DNA of 64,000 nucleotides from a virus: IMG/VR virus record IMGVR_UViG_3300027763_000038, positions 44,771 to 108,770 of that record; one strand, 5' to 3'. Shown piece by piece: positions 20,801 to 32,800 of this stretch (position 1 is its first letter; each line of letters starts with the position of its first letter). The notes under the pieces were generated by a model. It saw only the letters and a program-made list of their open reading frames with translations, ran no database searches and was not told where the DNA came from. The position numbers and the translations under genes were made by a program.

Positions 20801-23800
20801 TTTCTAAGTGGTGGGGGTGGTGGAGGTAGTGGTTTTGGTGGAACGGCAACTGCTGGTGCTTGCTCTGGAGGATTTAATAATTGATTTCCCTGATTTATTC
20901 CAGCCTCAATATTTGAAATTTGACTTTCTAATGATCTAACTTGAGTCTTAAATGCTTTTATCTGAGCTTCTTCAACCCTAATTTGTTGGAATAGAAGGGT
21001 TTGTTCTAAGGATTTTCTGAGTGCTGGAGTTACTCCTTGTACATGATCTAAATTTCCATTCTCTAATGCTCTATATAGCATATCTACTTCTTTTGTATTA
21101 CCAAAATTTCTACCAGTATTAATAGTTCCGCCAGGACCCATAATCATATGGGCGTCGCTATTTCCTCCTCTGATTTGTTGATCTAGTCTACTAATCCCTT
21201 CAGGATCTTTAGCAAATTTTTGAATATCTTCTAGAGTTAATTTTCCATCTTGTTTTATACCATTAACTATCAAGCCCCTCGATTGTCTAGCTATTAATTC
21301 TTCTGGAGTTTTAGCTAAAGGTTCAAGAATTGCTGATTTTATATAGGCCAAAAATTCATCAGATTGTACTGTTGACTGAGTGACTTGTTTTCCTGTGGCT
21401 CTAGCAAAATCTTTTAATAAAAGATCTGTATTTACTTTGTCTCTGGTAAGAGTATATTTTGTATCTCTAAAAGAAAGCTTACTACCAAAAGTCTCTCTTC
21501 CATCATGAATACCTTCCAATAAGTCTTTTTCTTTATTATCTCCCAAAAGAGCCTTTCTCCTGTCAGTAGCTTCTTTGATCTTTTGGTTTATTGTTGTTAC
21601 TTCTGACTGAACTTGAGCTTTTCGTTTGGTTAGCTCTGCAACTTTTTGTTGTACCGCAGTATTTGTTGCGGATTTGGGTTTTGGAGGCAATGTTCTGGCG
21701 GCAGATTTTTGACCTTTACCTCTTGCTCCTCCTTTTGACCTAGCTGCGCCCGCAACAGCAGTAAACATACCCCAAGCTGCGCCAGCTCTTTGATATAGTG
21801 ACTCACCCATTAAACCTGGTCCTGGTGGTGGGCCATAAGCACTAATTTCTCCTTCTGGAGTATGCCACTGTCTCCCACTGTTGTCCGTAGTTATTTTTGC
21901 TTGTTGTGTTTGTAATTTTGCCTGTTGATTAGCAAAGTCTAATTCTCCTTGGGTTGGAGTCATTTCTGGCATATAGTTCTGATTTTGTTGGACCAATCTT
22001 GGGTCCATTAATCGTGATCCTGGAACTAGCATACCGTCTTGAGCATAGATAAGTCCACCCATACTACGATATTCTAGATTAGGATCAGCTCTAAGCAATT
22101 TAGCTTTATTTTCATACATATTCAATCGTTTGATCGGATCTTTTACTTTATTAAGGTCTGCTTGTGTCTGTTTACCTAATCTAATCTTAGGAAATTGAAA
22201 TTCTCTTATAATAGCATCTATTTTTTCTTGAGGAGTTTGTGGTTTTGCAGCAGGGGCGGGGCCACCAGCGGGTACAGGAGCACGAGCACGACCAGGATCG
22301 CCAGCAGGAATACCATTAACAACTGTTGCATCAGCAGTTGCTGCTTTTACTGTTTCTGGGTCTAATTTATGTCTAGCTTCTGCGGCTGTATTGTATTTAT
22401 GAATTCCTCCGCTAAAAAGAGTAGCACCAGCTACACCACCACCCAACAATAAAGCTCCTGATTTTAAACGACCAGCAATGTTTTTTGTTATAGTAGAAAA
22501 AATACCTCCTTTGGCTCCTGATATATCATCGACAACTTTCGCTGCATCACCCAAGTCTCCTTGAATAGCAAGTGTTTTAATACTATCTATCATTTTTGCA
22601 AATGCTGACGTTGCACCTGTTGTATTCTTTGCAATATCAAATTGTTTTGTTATATCAGCGGCAGATGATAAGTCTAAACCTCCATTCTTTATCTTCGTTT
22701 GAAGTTCCGATAGAGCTTTTAATTCATCGGTATTTAATCCTGCTGGCATGTTTTTTGCTGTTTGAGTTTTAATAGCATCTAATACTGCATCTGACTTTAA
22801 TGGTTTAAATTTCTTTAATGTTGCAAATAGTCCCACACCGGCCATAGCTGCTGTTGCTGCTTTTGCTGCTGTTGCTGCTTTTACTCCTGCTGCTATTTTA
22901 GCAGCTCCTGCTACTTGTCCAACGCCCTCAACAGTACTTGCCAATGATAAACCAGCACCTGTCAAATCTCCTCTCATTACGTCAACAACAGCAGCAGCAA
23001 CATCAAAAGGTATGCCAACACCAGGAGTTAAGCCTAACATACTATATTTTAAACTTAGATCATCTAATGACATTTCTTGCTCTGGAACAATATCATCTCC
23101 TGTTCCTAATAGTCCATCTCTACCAGATACAAAAAGTATTTCTTTATTTCTCTTTTTAATAGTTTCATAATAAGAGATTATTTTTTTTGAAGCTAAGAAC
23201 CTTGTGTCTTTATCCATTTCTGGAGATGATTTACTGGTAACTAAATTGTTTATATCTTCCTGTAATGATTGTTCAAAAAGCTCCATATCCTTTTGATACT
23301 GTTGAAGCATTTTAGACTGAGCTTCTTGTTTGGCTTTTTGCTGTAATTTGATATTTGTATTATAATCTACTGTTTTAAACTCATTTCCACTTATTACTGT
23401 GGGTATAGAGACTCCTCCATTAACCGATAATGAAGGAACTTGAGTTCCGTCCTGAGCATAAATCACACCACCTTTACTTAATGCTTTAGGATTACCACCT
23501 TGATTAATAGCCTTTAATAATGGCAAATTCTCTTGGGTGGCTTTTCTATTGATTACAAACTCTCCCGGAGTAAGCATCGCAGGAACAGTATCTGTGCCTC
23601 TTGGCTGGAACTGGATCATTTGTCCACCATTAGCAGCATAAACCATGCCACCAGTCTGTAATCCTTGAGCAACTCTTGCTCTAAACCAATTAGGAGAAGG
23701 CAACCGGCCAAACTTAGAACCCAAGCCCAAAGTTACTTGAGCATCATTAGCTTCTTGATAAATATCAGTAAAACTATTATCAGATGCGCTATCAAAAAAT

Positions 23801-26800
23801 GCTGGAATTCTAGCTTCTGGTTTTAATTTTTTATCAAACAAATAGTCTTGACCTAACCATTTGTCGCCATCTCCATGATACCATTTTTCTAAAGATTGTA
23901 CATTTTTAGAAATAAAAGCCATGGTATTTCTATCAAAATATGGAATACCAATACCTTCTTTAAAATTTGACAAATCATTGACGAGTTTATCCATCAAAAC
24001 AAATCTTGTATCACTATCATCAAATTCAGTATATGGATTAAATACTAAATCTATTAGTTCTTGCAAAGTGGTTGGTAGATTGTCTTCGGATAGTTCTTTT
24101 TGTTTTCCTAATGAATTTATTCCAACTTTTCTGCTTTTTCCCTTGGCTGTATTAGCAAGTAAATTTTTCCAATCATCATTAAGGGCTAGTCCTGTAATTC
24201 TTCTCATTAATGTTCCAGCACCAAGACTACGAAATAGATCTATTAATTTTAAATCACTAGCCACAAATTGTCCAAATAATGAACTATTGCCATTAGCAAG
24301 ACCAGAAAAAGCCTGAGATGCTCCAGAAGCTAGTGTCCATAGTTCTTTGAGTCCTTGATATTGATTAGGATTATTTGATTTTGTACCAATATTACTTAAA
24401 TATGCTCCAAACTGTTCCATAACTCCAGAAGCATAAGCTGCCATATTTTTGGCACCGCTTGGTTTCAAATTAACCATATTAGGAATTTTACCAATATATC
24501 TTGATAACCAACTATTGCTTAAACCTGGAACTTTTGCTCTACCAAATATGCTTAATGCTCCCTTAGCTGTTGCTCTAACAGCTTTTGGAAGATCCGCATC
24601 ACCTACTCCTTGGTTACCTAAAGCTTTTCCTTCTATCTGGTCAGAACCTTCTGCTGCTTGTATTTTTGCCGCGTCTAGTGCTTCTAGTATATGTTTGCCA
24701 ACATTAAATGTTGTTATTGAATCCCTATCAAATGGTGTTATAAGAGTATCTACGTCTGGGAAAGTCATATCTTGACTTTTTATAAAAGATCCCTTGAATT
24801 TAGAGCTTAATGAATCTAATAGTTTTTGTCTTTCTCCATTATCTTTTCCGCCATTAACAATTAATTTGATATAATCTGTCAAATTTGTAGTAACATTTCC
24901 AACATTAGACCCATCTGCTATAGATTGTAATAATTCTTGTCCTGTAAATCTGTTTACTCCGTTCGTCGTAATTCTTCGTTTACTAATATCTAAAGATTCA
25001 AAAAAGGTTTTATCATTTTTTGCTGGTAACAGGTATTTACTAATATGGGGATTAAATTCATTAGTGTCTGGCTTAAATAGTTTACCTTCCCATTCGTCAT
25101 AAGAAACTTTAAAGTCTAAATTTTGACCATTAAGACTAAGTGTATCTTTAAATTGTTTTTGAATATTAAAGGAGTTTAATAGATCATTTACAGGTATCGA
25201 TAAGGTTTCGGGTGGTAATCTTTTCATAGAAATTCCACCAGGATTTTTAGCAGTCAATTCTTTTTCTATTTTTTTTCTTAAATCAGCATCAAGATCTTCT
25301 AAAGATGCATTAACAATATATGGAAATGGTTTAGCAGGAAGATCCATAGCCCCAGCTTTATCTACAGAAAAAATATTAATTGGAACATCTTTTACAAAGT
25401 CTCCAATAGCGGGCTTCTTTAAATTCTTTCCACTAAATACTATATTCTTGTCTTTGGCTGCTATTGGATTAGCAGCATATTCCATTATGAGCTTATTTAT
25501 AGCTTCTGTAGCTGAGTCTTGTAGAATCATTAAAGAACCAGCATTTTCAACTCCTTTTATAGTAGGAAAATATTTTTCAATTAAAGTTTTACCTTTAATA
25601 ATTTCTCCAATAGAATTGCCATTATAAACTTTAGATAATTGTGCTTGAATTTCTAGAGCATGTTTAGCATCTTCATCAATAACAGTATCCTCTTTAAATG
25701 TTGGAGCATTCAAGAAATCTCTTGTTTTTTCATATTCTGCATAAGCTTCATCATTTTTAATTTTTAAATCTGCAATTTTATCATGGGAAATAATATTTTT
25801 TGTCAAATTATTCATTACTAGATTTCTACCAACAATACTGCCTTTAGGCTTAAAGTCTAAACCAGCTAATGATGATCCTGGTGCGGCACCTACTGGAGCT
25901 TGGAAGAATGGAGGATCTATAGATATTGCATTTTCTTTAACTCCACCATTTGTTGCTTCATATATTTGGTACATTCTATTTGTAGCCACGTCCAAAGTTG
26001 GCATCCCGCCAGCTTCATCGGGAACAATAATACCATATGGATTACTTATTATATTTGAACTAAAAGCATCAGGAATATTTAGTTTAAAATCAGTAATATT
26101 TGGCACAGGACCATAATTATTAGGAAGATCAAACTTTGGTAGTTCCCATTTAATGTTATTTTCTGCTGCTTTTCTTTTATATTCTTCAAAATTTAATTCT
26201 TTAATATTTGTAGTCCCAAAAGAACCCTTGTCTAATGAATTTATATGAAAAAAAGTATCATCTGATTTAATAGCAGAGAATCTGTTTAATAAGGCTTCTT
26301 CTGCCGGATCTCTTTGATAATCGACCTCTTTATTATTTTTTCTTCCTATTATTGGACCAAAACCAGGAACTACTACTCCAGCAGTTGGTTCTAGGTCTTT
26401 TAGATCATAATTATCTTTTGTTGGTTCAGGCGTTTGTTTTCTACTATCAAGAAAAGTATAAACACTAGGAGTATTATATAGTTTATTTTGAGCTTTAAGC
26501 AAATCGTTGATAACGTTTGGAGTATTTAGATTTAAAAGTTTAATTTGACTTATACTAGAAGACTTAGTAAAATCAGAAGGATCTCCTGCATCATGAACGA
26601 AACCTCCACGATCATAATATCTTACAGAACCACCAGAACTATATTTATGACTATTAATAGATTCTAATAAAGATCTATTATTTGCAGTTGCTTTTTTATT
26701 AACAACAAATTCACCAGGAGTAAGCATGGCTGGTACAGTATCACTACCCTTTGGCTGAAAATTAACCATTTGGCCAGCTTCAGCATAAATAATACCACCA

Positions 26801-29800
26801 GCTGCTCTTGCTTGTGGCTTTACTGGTACTAAATTATTTATATTAGCTGCTATATCTACCAGTTGTTGGTTAAAAAATGTTAGTGTAACATCTGATAAAG
26901 CAGTTGCTAGAGCTTTAGCGTTAGCTTCTGTTGTATCTTGTGCTAAATGTTGATCAATATTAGCCAAATGTTCATTGGCACTACTTTGTAAAGCTATAGC
27001 CTCATTATAATAAGTCATAGCAGCAGCAACAGCTGGATCTGCTTGTGGATTTCTCAAATTATTCAAGACATCCATCATCATGGGACTAATACCCATACCA
27101 GATTCTTTTAACATACTTTCCAAAACATTGGCACGAACATTAGATGCTTGTCTACCTTCTCCTAAGAAAGGCATAATATCTTGTAATGCACCGAGAGTTT
27201 CTTTTCTTTCATTAGCAAAAGCTGTTTGAGCCGCTCTCATGGCTTCAAAACCAGATGCTCCACTTTGTAATGCTTCAAAATATGCTTTTTGAGCACCTGT
27301 ACTACTATTGATAGTATTAATTTGACCATTAATATTTTTTTGTAATCTATTTAGCGCATTTCCTAAAGAAGCTGCTTCGTCTGGGGTTGCTGTAGCAAGT
27401 TTTTCTATGAAAGATACTTTACCAGCATTTCTTTGTTGAACATCTTGAATTTTTTGCATAGCTTCTGAAGCATTTTCCGTATTATCTGCCAAAAATCTTA
27501 AGGCATTATAGCTTTCTCTTAGCGCAATACTATTATTTTGTACATCTTTACTGAATTTAGCAAAATCCTCTGCTCCAGCAGCACCTCTTTCTCCTGCTTG
27601 TGCTCTGGAACTTTCTGCTATATTTTTTTCTGTATTTAGTTTAAGAATTTGATTAAATATTTTATCTGGATCTGTTACTCCTCCCGTAAATCTTCCGACT
27701 CTTGCTTGTGTTCTTGCTCTTGATTTTTCTAAATTTATAGATTCACCAAAAACTTTAGATAATTCTACTCCACTATTAATAAGAATATCTTCTGCTTTTC
27801 TTAGTTTTTCTCTGCTAGAAATTTCAAGATCAATAATTTTATTGATATTAGATGAATATGTATTAAGAGCACTATTAAAATGATCTAAAGCCTTAACTAC
27901 AATATCTGATACTCCTTTTGCTGTGTCTAAAGTAGAACTAAGTCCAGCAACCTTTTCCTGTAAATCACCAAAAGATATTTTATCATCACCAGATTTTCTT
28001 AGATCAGCAATAGCTTTACCAATCTGACCAGATAATTTATCAACAAACTCTGGTGGCAAACCAAGATCTTTTAATGCTTTGTTGACATTAGTTGTAATTT
28101 TAGAACCAATAATCTCATCATTAGCTTCTGGATTTTGTTGAACAGTATCATTTATGGTTTTCATTATTGTATTTTCGGCTGTTTCGCCAACTTTTAATAA
28201 TGACTTAACTAGTCCTGAAGATTGTCCAAAAAATCCTGCTCCTGTACTTTGTGCTTGTGATACTGATGCCCTGCTATAAGCTCTGGGATTACTGATAATA
28301 TTTGATGTTTGTGAATTGATATTTTGAAGAGCAGCAGAGCCTGTCAAAGAGGCAATATTAGCATCTATAGATTTTTGCATACTGTCTAAAGCATTGGAAG
28401 TAGCAGATATTGCTTGCTCCATATTTTTAAACATTCTATTAAGAGATCCAGTAAAAGCATACGTGGATCTTTGTAAAGCTTGTGCTTCTTTTTCTCTAAG
28501 AACAATATTAACTTGTTGTCTCGCTTTTTCTTCACCAGCATTTTTTATAATACTTTCTTTAATGCTGTTTATCTGGGCATTACCGAGACCACTATTTTCA
28601 ACTTCTAATATTTTTTGTCTAATAACAGCATCAGCATTTGCTAATGATTCAGAAAATTTATCAAAATTAGGATCAGAAGTAATATCTTTAACACTTTCTC
28701 CTCTTTTAGCTCTCTCTTTAAAGCTCTCAAGTAAACTATCTCCTAATGCACGACCCATAGCTGCTTGTTCTTGAGCTAGTTGAGGAATAATCTTATTAAA
28801 TTCTACATTAGTATCCTCAGCACTATTACTTGCTCTATAATAGGCTTGACTTCCACCTAGTCTTAAAATATCAGATCTCTGTCTTAAACCTTCTTCTCCT
28901 CCAACTCCATTTCCAGTAAAAGTCGCTAAAGCATCAAAAAGATTAGTAAAAGTATAAAGAGTTCTTGTACTTAAAATATTTATTTGATTTGCAAATGCTG
29001 TTGATGCAGCTTCTAGCTTGTTATTGAGTCTGGTAAAATCCAAATTTTTAACATCTTTGCGTAGTACTTCAAATTCTTGTTCAACACCCTTCATCGCAAA
29101 CTCTAGTTTTTTACTTTCTACTTCGAGTTTAAACTCGTTCATAGCATTTGTCATATCTTTAATAACAGAAACAGCAGTAAAAATAAATGATCCCACCATT
29201 AATAAGCGACGACCTGCTCTAACAGCATTAGCTCCCATATCACCGACTTCAGTACCAGCATCTCTTAAGTGTTGTTCAAAGTCCTGCAATTGTGAAATAA
29301 CACCAATAGCAACACCAGCTGACTGACTAGCTGTGTTCAAACCAGCAGCAGCAGAAGCTTGACCAGCACTTGCTTTTGTATCCATTTGTTGACTAATCAA
29401 CGAACCAACAGTAATAATACCGCCAGCCATTAATAATCCTCTATTTCCATTATTACGATCTCTTGTTCCTGTATCTCTTGATCCAGCAGACCTAGCAGCT
29501 TCTTCTACCGCTTGTCTTCTGGCTCGAACTTCGGCACTTATAACTTGTTCTACATCTCTTTCTAGTCCAGCTCTTATTCTGGCTGCTCGTGCTAAATTAC
29601 CATCAAGTCGAGCTTCTTCCGCCATAGCATGTCTTCGTTGTCTAATATATTCTTGATTCATTTGATCAAGAGTATCTGCATCTCTCATCAGAGCCATCAT
29701 GGTTCTTTCAAGATCATCACCAGTAGCTCCTATGCCAGCTAAATCTACACCTCCACCAACACCAGTAAGAACACCGCTTGCATTAACATTTTCAAAAGCT

Positions 29801-32800
29801 TGTGTTCGTCTAGCTCCAGCACCAGCCCTAACTTCTGCTTCTACTTCTTCATCTGTTAATGTTCCAGCTGCTGTTGCTGCTGCTCTAGCAGTTACTGTTA
29901 ATCTTTCAAGCTCTTCGTCCACCATGCTCAATGCTTCTTGTATCTGTCTGCCATTAACATTGCCTAGTTGTTGTCTTATTCTAACTTCATTACGAGCTTC
30001 TTGCTGAGATTGCTGTAATGCTCTTTGTAGATCATATAATACTGTGGCACTAGCTCCAGCTGCTCTGGCCATTAATATATCAGCATTATAAGCTCTTTCT
30101 GCTTCTGCTGCTGTGGCCTGATATCCTCTTCTTAATAATTGACCAGAACGTGATGATGCTACTCCAAGTTCTGATAATACTTCAGCTAGTTCAGAAAGTC
30201 TTTGTGCTGTATTTCCACTAACTCCTATAGTTTCTGTATTGACCGTATTTGGTCGTGCTGCTGGACCAGCCCTACCACCAAAAAATAGTCTTTGTACAGC
30301 ACCTCCTGTGGCAAATTCTTGGACTCCTCCTACTAATCCACCACTATTAAATCCAGATACTTTATCTGCATGGTTTAGTCTATTAAGAGTTGGTGTTCCT
30401 ATTCTACTGGCAGTCTTTTTATTAATAACAAACTCGCCAGGAGTTAATAGTGCAGGAACAGTGGTGTTTATAGAGCCTCCAGCAGCCTTCCTGTTTAATG
30501 AACTTAGTTTATTTGCTCCGATAGTTTGTACTGCTTTTTTACGAATAACAAAGTCACCAACATTCAAATTAGCAGGAACCGTGTCTTGACTGCCAACTCC
30601 AGGAACTAATCCACCATCGGCGTATCCTCTAGCTTTAAGATAATTACCAATTTGACCTTTTAGTTCAGCAGGGCCGTTGAGTGTTAGTTTAGCATCAGTG
30701 GGGATATTTGGTGGAAGTTTGAAGTATTTAGAAGCATCCTTAAGACCGTCTGGGAAGTCGATACCATAATTAGTAGCAGCTTTATTAGCAATTGGTCCAC
30801 CAAGCTGATGTATAATACTTTCAGCTATATATCCATGAGCATTAGCCTCACCCATTTTTTTACGATCAGAAGCCTTGACCTTTTTATTTGCATAATGATA
30901 AACATTCATTCCTGCTGCTCTTGCAGCATCAATATTTCTCTTATCATCATCAATAAAGGCACCTGGGTTAGCCTGCATATATTCAACTTTAAGTTGAGCA
31001 ATTTTTTCAGCAGTATTATCTGGACCACCAACGCCTTCAAGGTTGCGTATTGGAAGATTCTTACTAGCTAACCATTCACCAATCAAACCCATAGTATTTT
31101 TTGGTCTGGCAGAAATCACATGTAAATTATCAAGTAACTGTGGGGTTTTTCTAACTTGAGCAACAAGAGCTAGTCCTAATTTACTAAGTGTAGCATTTTT
31201 TAAAGCATCCCTTACTTTATCTTTATCAGAAAATTCACTAAATCGTGGTTGTTTTGGATCAGCTAAAATTTTGTCAGCACCAAAAGCTAATGTTCTATCA
31301 AAGTCAGAATATATAGGTCCAACTTCTTTCAAAATCTGCCTGATCTGCATATTTTTAGTTGATTTTGCTGAAACAGCGTTCATTGCTTGAGTCATTCTCT
31401 TAATATCTTTTCCAGCAGCTTCTTTATCTAGAACGCCACTAGTAATTCTAACCTTAACTGGATTTTTTAATCCCGGAATTTCCATTCTATCAGTTGTGGG
31501 AAAAGCTCTTCCTTTGAATCCAGCGGCCCCAAACAAAAGACCATCTGTAGTTGCTTTTTGTATATCAAGATTATTTGCTTTTTTAATACCAGAAGTTTTC
31601 TCTGTATATTTTGCTAAAATTTTATCTTTGATAACTTGTTCTGATGGAGTTAATGAATTTCTTTTCTTTAATATTCTTTGTATATCACCAGCATTTGATC
31701 CAGTGTCTTTAATAACTTCATCTAGAGTAAGAACTCTGAATATATCTGTAGAAGTAGCAGCTTTACCTGATGTTGGTGTTACAATACCAGCATCAACAAA
31801 TTTACGAACTGAACCACCACTGTTAAATCCTGGTACTTTATTTTTTTGTTGCGTTTGTATCCAGCTATAAAACTTATCTTTTTGATTAGCTTCCCAAAAA
31901 TAATCTAGATTACCTAAGAAAACATTAGGATCTTTATCTTTTTTATTATTCTCTTTAAATAATCCATTTTTACTTCCTGCAAATCCAACCTGATTTTTAT
32001 CAATTCTATATCTCAACATTTTACTAACCAAATCGATATCTTCAGTATCACTAGTTTTGAACTTAGCCTCACCAATTTTTTGTATAGCCTGATTTTCAGC
32101 TTTTTGAATTAGATCAACAGGATAATTAGTTTTATTACTAGCTGATTCCCAACCCTGTTTTAATTTAGAGATTATTAAAGTTTCATATGCTTTTCCCCAA
32201 CGATTTTCTGCGCTTCCTAGTTTACCTACCTCAGTTTCTTTCTCTGACACCGCCCTTTTTCTGTTCTTTTGATTTTTAGAAGATTGGATAATATCATCAA
32301 GCTTTGCTCTGTTCTCTCCGCTAACATCGACACCAGCATAGCTTTTATATCTTTTAGAGGTTGAGGCTTTTTCTGATGCCATATCCCAAATCTTTTTAAA
32401 GTCCGCAGGCTTTAAATCTATTGATCTTGGGACTATTCTAATTTTTGCTGAGTCCCCAACTGCTTCTATATTAGTTTTTCCAATAGCTTTCTGGATTGTG
32501 GATGATCCATCTCTTGTTAGCAATTGATCAATAGTATAAGACTGAGTCAATCCACCATTACTAAATTTTTGTATTCTACCACCATTTGCTTTATTAAGCC
32601 TATGAAGATTGTGAGCACCAATAGCTTTAACAGCACTTTTACGGATAACAAATTCACCAGGAGTTAATCTTGCAGCAATACTATCAGAATCTCCTTGACC
32701 GGGTACCAAACCACCAGTAGCAAATCCTGGGGCATTATTTCTTCTGCCTCCTCCAGTAAAACCTCTACCAAAACCACTAGCAAATTGGGTAATAGCTGAA

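Noticed and set aside
18150-32730. TMP repeats as a CRISPR array, inteins or insertion elements
   Set aside because: Conserved at protein level with synonymous DNA differences, spaced by hundreds to thousands of bp; no intein C...HN termini, terminal repeats or transposase
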